DNA of 64,000 nt, taken from Amphiscolops sp. MND2022. Taxonomy: Eukaryota. Of the stretch, positions 23,501 to 34,350 are shown piece by piece (within the stretch, counting starts at the first letter, position 1; each line of letters opens with the position of its first letter). The stretch is taken from the NCBI GenBank assembly GCA_964187785.1, contig OZ076410.1, positions 15,066,001-15,130,000 of the forward strand, in the 5' to 3' direction. Made by a program: the position numbers and the translations under genes. The notes below the pieces were generated by a model. That model saw nothing but the letters and a program-made list of their open reading frames with translations. It was not told the origin of the DNA and searched no databases.

Positions 23501-26284
23501 TTAAAGAGTGATCCTCGTATTCCTGCTGTCCACAGCTTCAGCAGCAAGCCATTGTGCCAAACGCTATCGAAAGCCTTCTCTAAGTCTAGATTTATGAGAG
23601 CTGCACATAATTTGCTCTTCTTGAGGAGGTCGCATTCGAGTTTCAGTCTGAAGAGTGATCTGACGGTGTTCTTCTTTGGGAGAAATCCTTCTTGTTCAAT
23701 ATCAATAAGTTTTTCAGAGAGCATGTAGCGCATTAGACGTCGGTTGAGTATTCTTTCGAAGACTTTTCCTATATGGCTGCTGATTGAAATTGGCCTGTAG
23801 GCAGATGGGTTGCAGTAGTCAGCTTTCATGGGTTTCTTAATGAATAAAACGCGAGTGTCTGTCCAAGGCCAGGCTCCAGATCTGAGGCAAGAGTTGAAGA
23901 GGTTGATTAGACAGGTTCTGAAATTATTTCCACACATGATGACCATCTTCGGGTGGATCTTGTCATCGTCGCTGTTACATTTCAGGTTTCGTAGTTTTTC
24001 AATGATCTCGTCTAGTTCATGTCTTTCAACAGCTTCATTGAACCATAGGCTGGAGTACGAATTACTGTCTGTAAATTCTAAAAAATCAATATATCGCATT
24101 TGATCATCCACAAGGTTTTCAAACTCTCCGTCAAATTCTTCTTCTTTCAGATGGCTACCGCTAAAAAACGTATTGAGCAGTAATTTTGCTTTATCTGGCT
24201 CATCGAATCACAGTCCGGATTGTGATCTCAAAGGGGCTACCATCTGGTCTTTTTTGTTGGGGAATACCTTCTGAATGTTTCGCCAAGATGAATTACCATG
24301 TTTTGCATTGTTTATTTCTTTGAGTTTGGAAGAAGTCCAGTTAGATGCCGCTGTGCTGAGTTCTTGTTTGAATCGAAGTCTAGCTGATGTTAATGCGGCA
24401 TGATTTTGCGGTGTCGAAGTTCTTTTGAAGGTCTTGTTGAGTGCTCTGACCTCGTCGCTAAGCTGTGTCAGGACATCTGTCCAAAATGGCTTGCTGTGCT
24501 TACTGATGACTTTCGTATTGAGACATAACTGATTCACTTCTTCAAGAATGTATCTCATTTTCCGCCAAGCGACGTTCGGGTCTTTGTACAACAGGTTGTT
24601 TGGGTCCGTAAAGCTGTTCATTTTCTCTTCCAATATACTCTGCCAATTTTGCCAGTCAGTATTTTCGAGATCAAATTTGGTGACTTTTCCGTCCTGTGAT
24701 GAGTAGTTGAGTTCCCATTTAGCAAACACTGGGACATGTCCCCTGTTCGGATAGCCAGTGAGAAGTTCTGTGTCGAGATCCGTGTACATTGTTGTTTTCC
24801 ATCCGCAAAGCTCTTCCGTTGTCATGATGAGATCGATTACTGAACTTCCGTTGATTGAGTAAAACGTTGGTTGCCCATCATTCAGGATTTCAACACTCTC
24901 CTCCTCGATGTACTGTTCCAGAAGTGAGCCACTGGAGTTGTTTCGGATGTCTCCCCACAGTAGGTTCCTGGCGTTAAGATCCCCAACAAAAAGAACCCCT
25001 TTCATGTTATTCAATTTTGCGTAGGATCTCGCTTTGTCAAGAGTGCTGAGGAATTCTTTCATTTTGGTGTCTGCGATGGGAGGGATGTAAGCAGTTGCGA
25101 GCAGAAAAGACTGGTTGTGAAAGTTTACTGCGCACCAGACGGAGTCGAAATTCTTACTCTGGAGATCGTGTATCTCAAAGAAGAGATCGTGTATCTCTTC
25201 TACAATAGAAGCGAAACAAAAGATAACTCAGAAGTCAGGAACTATTCACGATGAGGAAAATAGACTTTAAGACTATGTTAAATTAAACGCTCTTAGCTCT
25301 AGCTATCTCGAGAAAAATTATTTTTAGTTTAAGAGGTCCAACATAAGTGTAAAAATAAATTATTTCATTTTACTTATAATAATTCTCATGCGCAATTATT
25401 TATTGAACACGCCTGGTTCAAGGGTCTCTCACCGTCGAATGGTTGTTTTTGACAAAAACCATGGCATAAAAGACCAAAAGAAACCAAGAAGCACGCATTT
25501 CTCATTTTCTACCGGGAATCGTATTCAGATATCTTATCCCATTAAACCTTATAAAGAGCGAAGTTTCTTGAATTTGCTCAGGGAGTAATTGAAAAAAATT
25601 CGGAAAAATATTCTCCTTAAGGCTTGAAAAACTTTTCCACAGTATTGAAAAAACCAATTGCTATTCGAAGGTGGAACATTGAAAATATTCTGTAATAAAA
25701 ATCAGAGTTAGAAACAACGGACCAATAAATCAAAATAGACTTCCAAGCTAAAATCTCAAAACAAAAAAAAATCAAACACACCTTTGAAAGAAGCGTCATT
25801 CATCTTCACTTTGCGGGAATACAATTTTGGCATAGTTCGTTTCGAAACAATCGCATCCTTCAATGAAGGTCCAGATTCAATTATTGGCTTCTGGGTGAGA
25901 ACAGCATGCACAGGCGATGAAAGACCTACAAAGAATTAGACAATAGGCCATTTTCACCACTTCCATTAGAAAACTTGAGAAATTCAGATTTTATGATTAC
26001 ACAAAAGTTTCCGAAGATCATCACCAAAAATAGCTTCTGCTTTCTCTGTGGCAATTCTCGACAAGAAATGATTTATACAGGTTTTTTCTGAAGATTTTTG
26101 AGCTCTAACCGTTATTCGATGACACTGGACGATAGAAACGGCTGCTTTGTGATCTTTCAACATTCGATTTGCTGGGCAATGTTTTGGGCAGAATTATCTC
26201 AGGAAGAGAAGGCATTTCAATTTTTATCTTTTTCAAAGGGCTCGGAAGATAGCCTGTCATTTTCAAATCTTCTGTCATCATCAT
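13723..26284 (-). CDS. ELOA: Elongin A, spliced; predicted 465 aa from coding exons 26284-26110, 25925-25782, 15611-15457, 15358-15251, 14538-13723
   Basis: BC-box/F-box-like VPRLVDLCLKVL...IDLIDEVGDLPY...LDRCTPVQLMRIESHNP, then LIDDTDQLW...ESWCEYYVRL; upstream exons carry SLPEIILP...FYRPVS and KRTMPKLYSRK motifs; all four introns are GT-AG with compatible phases (1398 nt total). Confidence 0.75.
15075..15150 (-). repeat. Degenerate tRNA-derived (SINE head-like) fragment in an Elongin A intron
   Basis: B box GGTTCGAATCCC on minus strand (plus GGGATTCGAACC 15088-15099); A box weak. Confidence 0.3.
15251..15358 (-). CDS. ELOA: Elongin A internal exon
   Basis: Acceptor CTCTTTAG|CAC, donor GTT|GTAAGT; HLIDDTDQLWEGFCKKEFK...ESWCEYYV. 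Confidence 0.85.
15457..15611 (-). CDS. ELOA: Elongin A BC-box exon
   Basis: Acceptor TTTTGCAG|AT, donor CCG|GTTAGT; GVPRLVDLCLKVLCNHIDL... Confidence 0.9.
15637..16867 (+). mobile_element. Internally deleted hAT transposon, 1231 bp
   Basis: 14-bp perfect TIRs CAGGGATGGGCAAT; exact 8-bp TSD AAGGCAGG; BED-finger ORF (WKCKCG...GWSNLHTHI..QH, 15793-16041) and C-terminal LEEQLFLKAN..FWNINTV remnant. Confidence 0.9.
16054..21501. repeat. Head-to-tail triplication of a ~1816-bp unit (16054-17869, 17870-19685, 19686-21501)
   Basis: Near-identical units each containing the hAT right half, right TIR, TSD and ~1 kb of flank; junction GGTT|AAAGCC with TT microhomology. Confidence 0.95.
21604..22118. 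repeat. Fourth, partial copy of the triplicated flank (matches 17189-17706)
   Basis: Direct sequence identity apart from a 3-bp deletion; abuts the LINE 3' end. Confidence 0.9.
22119..25182 (-). mobile_element. 5'-truncated I-group (I/Nimb-like) LINE, ORF2 with APE-RT-CCHC and a single in-frame stop
   Basis: APE motifs GDLNARNLLWG and PTF...SVIDL; RT YRPISISSHIGK, DLEKAFD, GVPQGSVLSP, YADD; C-terminal CSC...ETAIHFLFSC; ORFs 24208-25062 and 22228-24111 share a frame across one TGA. Confidence 0.9.
25782..25925 (-). CDS. ELOA: Elongin A upstream exon
   Basis: Acceptor TTCTTTGTAG|GT, donor AAAG|GTGTGT; ends ...KMNDASFK-G, whose phase 1 completes GAT with the 15611 exon. Confidence 0.7.
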
Positions 26285-26288
26285 ATAA
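26110..26288 (-). CDS. ELOA: Elongin A first recognisable coding exon (ATG-ATG-ATG at 26284)
   Basis: Acceptor TTTGCTTTCAG at 26289, donor AACG|GTTAGA; MPSLPEIILP...FYRPVSS resembles the LPDLPLP...NYRPLPS segment of animal Elongin A. Confidence 0.6.
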
Positions 26289-27737
26289 CTGAAAGCAAAG
26301 CTTAAAACTTTGTATGCAATTATGAAGTTAAAGTTCAGTAAAGAACTTTTTCCTAACAAATGACGCTCTGTTGAAAAGCGCTCGTAAATGACTTTAAGAG
26401 GGTAATTTTCTGAAACAAATACAAACATTCTTCGGAAACATTGGACTCAAAATCAAATGACACCAGAAACTCCATGTTATTGCATCTTTTTGCCAGCATA
26501 ACTCTCTCATCGTGTACACACGCTCGCTCTTGCAGTCGAAAAGACCGCTACAGATGGATTCTTACTCAAACTAAATTCCCGATACGTTTTTTCCTCTGCT
26601 CGACGTCCCCGACGAAACGATCGGATTGGTCACTGAATTTACGCTGGATCTTTCGATACATAACACAGTCAAAGCTTGTAGCTTGAGTAGACTTGCCCTC
26701 GGTTCTACAATGGCGGACCACCTGACTACTATCAGAAAAGAAGACAAAGCATGGGGCATACTACGGGTGTGTCATCTCCCCGAAAAGAGGGACCAATCAT
26801 TTTTTTCCGCTATCAGATATCATGGATCTTCGTCATGAATCAAGTGCCATGTGTATCATCATGTTGGGGGGGAAGACACACACCCGTGGTCTGCAACGAA
26901 AGTAGGGAACCCCATACTACCCACTATCCCCGTAACAAAAAAAAACTAACAAACTACTCATACCAGCCTAATTGTTGTGATAAACTTATAAAATAGTTTC
27001 AGAGACGTTGATTTGAATTGAACGCACATCTGGTTGTTGGATACATCTTTGGATCTTACGGACCTTGACTGGTTTCCAAAAAGGCTACAGACTCAACTCT
27101 ATCCTGTTAGTTAGTTCCTTTATCCATCTTCATTCATGGTCTTCCTTATAGGCGCAAGCTGCTTAGACAACGCCTTTAATTCATTTGAACGCCTCAAGCA
27201 AAAGGGACTGAAAAGAAATATTCTGACAATTCGTGGCCTATTTTTAAACCCACAAGCCCTCGACCCTAGGAAAAAACTCCAAAACTTCTCAAGTAGAACT
27301 GAAAATTTGTAATTAGGCACGACGTGATCAGCAACTCCATTTCAAAAACCGCAGTAAAATACACCCAAATATTACATACTATATAAAAATATGATCCGCA
27401 AAAACGGCCCCTCTCGAAAAACCTACCATCTCAGACACGACGGAAGAAAGCCCACAAAAAAACAGTCGCCTGTTGATAGTAGGCCGCTCAAAACTGTCTA
27501 TTTAGCTTTGACGCCTCAGGGACTTCAGTGTCTCAGTAGGTACCTTCGTTGAATAGCCAAGCAATGAGTGACCGTAACCAAGAAAATCAACAAATCAAGG
27601 ATATGCATCAGTTGCCCTACTACTATTAGAAACCAGCCGACAATTTTTGCGAGTCCTCTTGAAAATGGCCCCTAGACGACTGCGTGGGACTCATTGTTGT
27701 GATAAAACTTATTAAATAGTTTCCGTTATATGAAAAC

Positions 27738-28088
27738 TTGATGACGGTTCTCACAAGAAGTGCACTGGTCTCCTCTTCCAACGATGGGACAATTCAACTG
27801 GGTGGAAAATGTGCTGTGGATCATGAACTCTGTTCTGTATGTCATGGATCCCAACAAACGAGGGACTGGATTCAATGTGAAAAATGTTCTCATTGGCTTC
27901 ACTCTCAGTGTCTGAAAATACCAAAGGAAGTATTCGTTTACTTATTCTCGTCTGAAAATTTCTCCTACTTTTGCGATTTGTGTGTTAGCAAAAAATCAGC
28001 CTTTGATGACTCAATTGAAAATGCTAAACTAGAACTACCAGGGTGGGCGGAAGTAGGTCGAAGGAACGGGATCGAAAATCAGAGTTAG
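27738..28088 (+). pseudogene. PHD-finger ORF1 remnant of a CR1/L2-type LINE
   Basis: C-x2-C...WIQC-x2-C-x-x-W-x-H-x-x-C...YFC-x2-C; lies just upstream of CR1/L2 ORF2 fragments. Confidence 0.7.
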
Positions 28089-28149
28089 TCCTCAGGTCGA
28101 CATACCAAATTTTTTGAATGGGATCGAAACAACTCAGATCGAAATTTTT

Positions 28150-28280
28150 ATAACGTAGTCAGATATGTTCACATACCCCTAGTGCCCTGAATGCAGGAGC
28201 GAAGCGAAGCGGAGCGACGTGCCATATGGCCATGCCTCAATGTTGCTACTTGGCGAAGGGAGCGAAGCGACCGAGCCATA
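28150..28280 (+). repeat. Interspersed repeat with GAGCGAAGCGA motifs (Helitron/Helentron-like non-autonomous)
   Basis: Second copy at 33297-33420; GTTCACATACCCCTAGTGCCC...GCGAAGCGAAGCGGAGCGAC. Confidence 0.55.
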
Positions 28281-28390
28281 CAACAAATACGATAAAATTC
28301 GATCGCATTCCTTTCGATCCCTGCAATTCGATCAAAAGGTTCGACCTCTGTCCTTTCGACCAGAAAAATTCGACCTATTTACAGCCACCC

Positions 28391-30243
28391 GAACTACCAA
28401 ACGAGGATTGGGCACAGTTCCCAGCGATCAGTACAGAATAATTCTGTGAAACCGAAAAAATCCTTACTGCTAAAAATTTCACCCAGCTTATAAAGGAACC
28501 AACCCACAAAGATGGTAATGTCCTCGACCTGGTATTTACAAACTATGACGAGCCTGAAGTTCTTGATATTGAAAAATTTCCAACTTTTTCTGATCATTTC
28601 AGCATATCTGTGGAGTTCCCGAAAAACTTGAAACAATGTACACACGAACTGTCCTCAAACAATACAGTCTCGCAGCAACCGACTTAAATTCGATTGACCT
28701 AACACTAGCTCAGTCACTATTCTCGTTCAAACTAGACCAAAATTCTGTCGACTTCATTGCGGACTGGCTGACTTCATTTCAAAACATTTTAAAACAGTTC
28801 TTAGTTAGCAAACGGCAAAAGCAAAAAATGTTGCCGGATTACTTGAGCTCTCACAGTATTCATCTCTTCAACTGCCTCCAAACAGAAATAAAGCAACTAA
28901 ATGGCCTCAACTTGAAAAATTATATGAAATACAATACTATCTGTAATGAACTTGAAAATTCTTTTGAGTTGGACACAAATGTATTCCTCGACAAGTTTTG
29001 TGCCGTAAATGGTGACGTAAATGATTGTTACAAACTGATTAGAAAACTCAAAGTTTCCGACATTCCGAAGACAATGATTGATCCCAAAAAGAAAAAAATT
29101 ACTGGAGGTTCCAAAATTGCAAACGCCGTCAATCAGTATTTTGGATCAGTAATCAATGCTTTTGACGATACATTCACCGATTTAACTGATAATGTACTGA
29201 ATGATGTAGATCTACCGAAATCGCAAAAGAGGCTCTAGATTTATCAACTGATGGCATTGACCTTGATGGTTTTCATGGTCAAATTTTACGAAAGTGTTCA
29301 AACAGTCTCTTAATACTTTCTACAACCTATCAAAGGTTATCGTAAAAACTGGAGTGTATCCAACATCCTGGAAAAAAACCATTATCACACCTATATTCAA
29401 AGAGGGATTGAAAAATGAGATAGCCAACTACCGTCAAATTGCTTCTTTGAGCAAACTTTCAATCGCATTTCAAAAAATTCTTTTCAGGAGCATTTCCAAG
29501 CATCTACAGAACAAACTATCCCCCATCATTTTGGTTTTCGAAAATCCGGATCATGTGTCATCCAGTTACTGTCGTTCTTTGATAAAATCTTTGAGTGGAT
29601 CGATTCCAAAGAAAAAGCCTTTGCAATCTTTTTGGATTATTCTAAAGCATTTGATCGAGTCCCTCATTCTATACTACTGAGAAAACTACGATCTCTAGGG
29701 TCTGGGTGGATCTCGACTCAAACTAATAGCTTCATAGTTGCAAAACCGAGTGCAACAAGGTAAAATTGAAAACTGTCAATCAGAAGAGTGTCCTATTAAA
29801 AGTGGTGTGCCCCAAGGCTCAGTGGTCGGCCCGCTTTTCTTCATTGCGTTTATAAATGACCTGCCCGAGAATTGTGAGTGTGTTCCATTTCTATTCGCGG
29901 ACGACCTTAAACTGGCAAGTTCATCTCTAATTGAGCTTCAGAACGATTTGTTATCACTAATGAAGTGGAGTGAAAAAAACAAACTCGACTTTAACTTGCA
30001 GAAGACAAAATTATTACATTTCAGTAAATCAAAGGTGCAATGTGATAACCTTGTCCTACACATGGGAGACAATGATGTCTATCCTACAACAAAGAGTATT
30101 CGTGATCTTGGTGTCTGGGTCTCTCCAAATCTAACGTGGACCGATCACATAAATATTAAAATAGCAAATTGTTATAAACGCCTGGCCATGTTACGTCGGA
30201 AACTTCCTAAAATGTTTACCCCTGACATGAAATTTAAATTGTA
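28391..30243 (+). mobile_element. Degraded CR1/L2-type LINE ORF2, copy 1 (APE C-terminus to RT)
   Basis: EPTHKDGNVLDLVFTN, WKKTIITPIFK, GVPQGSVVGP, LFADDLKL; multiple stops and frameshifts. Confidence 0.9.
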
Positions 30244-32947
30244 CCGCTGCCTACTCAGTCATAGCAAAAGCCGTGCGTGAAACAAATCAGCATGGAGGTG
30301 TGGCTATTATGGCGAAAAAAGAACTGGTTGCATCAAAAATAGAATGCTTGGACAAAACATTTTGATGTGGTATGTCAATTGATACCTATGGAATTATTGT
30401 TTTATACAATCCTCCAAACCCTAGTGAGTATCGTGTTCCTGATGATGTAATCTCAAATTGCTTATCCTCGGCCTATAATGTTCTCAGTAACGCTTCCATT
30501 GATAAAGTATTAATTATGGCCGATTTCAACTTACCAAACGAGGATTGGGCACAGTTTCCAGCGATCAGTACAGAATATTTCTGTGAAACCGAAAAATTCC
30601 TTACTGCCAAAAATTTCACCCAGGTTATAAAGGAACCAACCCACAAAGATGGTAATGTCCTCGACCTGGTATTTACAAACTATGACGAGCCTGAAGTTCT
30701 TGATATTGAAAAACTTCCAACTTTTTCTGATCATTTCAGCATGTCTGTGGAGTTCCTAAAAACTATGAAACAATGTACACACAAACTGACCTCAAACAAC
30801 ACAGTCTCGCATCAACCGACTTAAAATCGATTGACCTAACACTAGCTCAGTCACTATTCTCGTTCGAACTAGACCAAAGTTCTGTCGACTTCATTGCGGA
30901 CTGGCTGACTTCGTTTCAAAACATTTTAAAACAGTTCTTAGTTAGCTAACGGCAAAAGCAAAAAATGTTGCCGGATTACTTGAGCTCTCACAGTATTCAT
31001 CTCTTCAACTGCCTCCAAACAGAAATAAAGCAACTAAATGGCCTCAACTTGAAAAATTATATGAAATACAATACTATCTGTAATGAACTTGAAAATTCTT
31101 TTGAGTTGGACACAAATGTACTCCTCGACAAGTTTTGTGCCGTAAATGGTGACGTAAATGATTGTTACAAACTGATTAGAAAACTCAAAGTTTCCGACAT
31201 TCCGATGACAATGATTGATCCCAAAAAGAAAAAAATTACTGGAAGTTCCAAAATTGCAAACGCCGTCAATCAGTATTTTGGATCAGTATTCAATGCTTTT
31301 GACGATACATTCACCGATTTAACTGATAATGTACTGAATGATGTAGATCTACCGAAATCGCAAAAGAGGCTCTAGGTTTATCAACTGATGGCATTGACCC
31401 TGATGGTTTTCATGGTCAAATTTTACGAAAGTGTTCAAACAGTCTCTTAATACTTTCTACAACCTATCAAAGGTTATCGTAAAAACTGGAGTGTATCCAA
31501 CATCCTGGAAAAAAACCATTATCACACCTATATTCAAAAAGGGATTGAAAAATGAGGTAGCCAACTACCGTCCAATTGCTTCTTTGAGCAAACTTTCACT
31601 CGCATTTGAAAGAATTCTTTTCAGGAGCATTTCCAAGCATCTACAGGACGAACTATCCACCCATCAATTTGGTTTTCGAAAATCCCGATCATGTGTCATC
31701 CAGTTACTGTCGTTCTTTGATAAAATCTTTGAGTGGATCGATTCCAAAGAAAAAGCCTTTGCAATCTTTTTGGATTATTCTAAAGCATTTGATCGAGTCC
31801 CTCATTCTATATTACTGAGAAAACTACGATCTCTAGGGTCTGGGTGGATCTCTACTCAAACTAATAGCTTCATATTTGCAAAACCGAGAGCAACAAGGTG
31901 AAATTGAAAACTGTCAATCAGAAGAGTGTCCTATTAAAAGTGGTGTGCCCCAAGGCTCAGTGGTCGGCCCGCTTTTCTTCATTGCGTTTATAAATGACCT
32001 GCCCGAGAATTGTGAGTGTGTTCCATTTCTATTCGCTGACGACCTTAAACTGGCAAGTTCATCTCTGATTGAGCTTCAGAACAATTTGTTATCACTAATG
32101 AAGTGGAGTGAAAAAAAACAAACTCGACTTTAACTTGCAGAAGACGAAATTATTACATTTCAGTTAATCAAAGGTGCAATGTGATAACCTTGTCCTACAC
32201 ATGGGAGACAAGGATGTCTATCCTACAACAAAGAGTATTCGTGATCTTGGTGTCTGGGTCTCTCCAAATCTAACGTGGACAGATCACATAAATATTAAAA
32301 TAGCAAATTGTTATAAACGCCTGGCCATGTTACGTCGGAACCTTCCTAAAATGCTAACCCCTGACATGAAGTTTAAATTGTTCCGCATCTACATTTCACC
32401 CGCACTTGCTTATGCTTCAGGTGTTTGGCATCCGAACAGAGGAGACTTGAAAAAAATACAAAGGCTGCAGCGGATCTGTTTCAAGTGGATTGACTATAGG
32501 AGCTCATTTCATCAACTTCTTGACGAATATCACCATTTACCGATCTCTTTACATCTTCAAATGCAGGATCTGCTCCTGTTCAACAAGCTCACAATGGGCC
32601 TTGATGACTTCACCATATGGGATTATGTCTGTTCAAATCAACACAACAATAATTATGAGCTCAGAAGTAACACCAAAAATATTTTCATGTCTGACTACAC
32701 ACGTTTAAAGTGTACACGGGAATTTTTCTTCAATCGAATCATCAAACTTAGCAATTTTGTACAACAAGAATACAACATTAAACTGCCGAAACACCCTGCT
32801 GCATTTGAATCCGATCTAAAGAGAATTTACTGGAATCACTTCAAAACTAAATATGGAGATAGTGGCTGTAAAATGTTCCTGAAATGTAGCAGTTGTTAAA
32901 AAAAATCTGTACATGCTATCATCAAGTGGTTCTTTTGTGTTGACTAG
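30244..32947 (+). mobile_element. Degraded CR1/L2-type LINE ORF2, copy 2 (APE to C-terminus and 3' UTR)
   Basis: HGGVAIM, ADFNLP, YRPIASLS, FLDYSKAFDRV, ADD motifs; repeats copy 1 at ~2137-bp offset; ends at the N gap. Confidence 0.9.
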
Positions 32948-33141
32948 NNNNNNNNNNNNNNNNNNNNNNNNNNNNNNNNNNNNNNNNNNNNNNNNNNNNN
33001 NNNNNNNNNNNNNNNNNNNNNNNNNNNNNNNNNNNNNNNNNNNNNNNNNNNNNNNNNNNNNNNNNNNNNNNNNNNNNNNNNNNNNNNNNNNNNNNNNNNN
33101 NNNNNNNNNNNNNNNNNNNNNNNNNNNNNNNNNNNNNNNNN
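32948..33141. other. Assembly gap
   Basis: Run of N. Confidence 1.
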
Positions 33142-33191
33142 AGCGGGTCCTCTTGAAAATGGCCCCTAGACAACTGCATGGGACTCACAAA

Positions 33192-33549
33192 AGGGGCAGG
33201 GACGTTACGTTACCAGCCATTTGGGCGACAAAATTTTCAGCCCGTTTCGACGACAATAATGTCGCACAAATGTCCCGTAGACTAAATGGCCAAATTTGTT
33301 CACATACCCCTAGTGCCCTAAATGCAGGAACGAAGCGAAGCGGAGCGACGTGCCAAGGGCCATGCCTTAATGTTGCTACTTGGCGAAGAGAGCGAAGCAA
33401 CCGAGCCATACAACAAATATACTAACCTCTTCAATTATATCAAGTTAATTGATCAATTTGATCAACCCATTTTGTCGACACTTTTGTCGCCCATGTGACC
33501 GACGCCATATTGTCGCCCAAGAGGCTGGTGACGAAATGTCCCGGACCCT
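33192..33549. mobile_element. MITE-like TIR element with a nested copy of the 28150 repeat
   Basis: ~40-bp imperfect TIRs (GGGACGTTACGTTACCAGCCATTTGGGCGACAA vs reverse complement GGGACATTTCGTCACCAGCCTCTTGGGCGACAA); no clear TSD. Confidence 0.55.
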
Positions 33550-33619
33550 CGCAAAACAACAGATTGATAGGACGCTCGAAATTGAAGGGGCAATATGGTC
33601 CTGCAAAAATTGCCCAGAC

Positions 33620-33997
33620 CGACAGTGAAAACGACAATCCAACCAGGGTTGCCAAACTTGCGTGTTGAACTCGAAAAAAAAGATAACAATCAAAGACATG
33701 GTCGCAGATGGAAATTTACGAAAAGTTTTTCTAGCTTTCGAATTTTTTGAAAGAATTGAAGGCATTCATGAGGCTTATACTGCATGCGAATCTACAGTTA
33801 CTGGCCTGAAACCTACCTTGATGGAGGTGAACAGAAAAATTCAACAACACAGCAATACACCAACGCAAAACAAATTGACCTACGCAGCATATGCGCAGCT
33901 ACGCTATCCGAGGCTACGGAACAGAAAGCTTCGCTGTCCATCGACAAGATACTTCTTGTGGAAAACTCAGACAGCGGACTTGCCAACAGTTCCCAAA
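33620..33997 (+). mobile_element. 5' part of an I-group LINE ORF1, interrupted by the copia insertion
   Basis: MVADGNLRKVF...KLTYAA ORF1-like reading; resumes at 41083 after the CCAAA TSD. Confidence 0.65.
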
Positions 33998-34229
33998 TGT
34001 CAGGTCTAGATGGCAGAAAGCCGACCAGCTGACTGGCTGACCTACAGCCGATGAAACGATTGAGGTCAAAATAGGTAGCAGACTTGACAGGTTTCTGCCA
34101 GACAGTGAACTGAATTGTAATTTTCTGGCACCTGCTGTGCTGTAAACAATAGTATTTATATCGCTTTCGATTTCAGATGTGTCATTCCAATTTTCAATTC
34201 AATTATTAATCACTGCCTCATTTTTGAGA
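33998..34229 (+). repeat. Copia 5' LTR (232 bp)
   Basis: TGTCAGG...TTTTGAGA immediately followed by the PBS. Confidence 0.9.
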
Positions 34230-34243
34230 GGTTATGGGCCCAG
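34230..34243 (+). promoter_or_regulatory. Copia primer-binding site (half-tRNAiMet type)
   Basis: GGTTATGGGCCCAG, the PBS known from Drosophila copia-like elements. Confidence 0.85.
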
Positions 34244-34350
34244 ACCATAACTGACATACAACGACGACGACGACCAATTCCACCTCAACAATCACAACAT
34301 AATCAGTCCAGACAACCAGTTGACGTGGAGCCAATCAGTCAGCAGCCGAG

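Noticed and set aside
26970-27722. 30-bp repeat ATTGTTGTGATAAA(A)CTTAT at ~26972 and ~27693 as LTRs or a TSD
   Set aside because: Too short, and the intervening DNA shows no element structure; probably fragments of a common repeat
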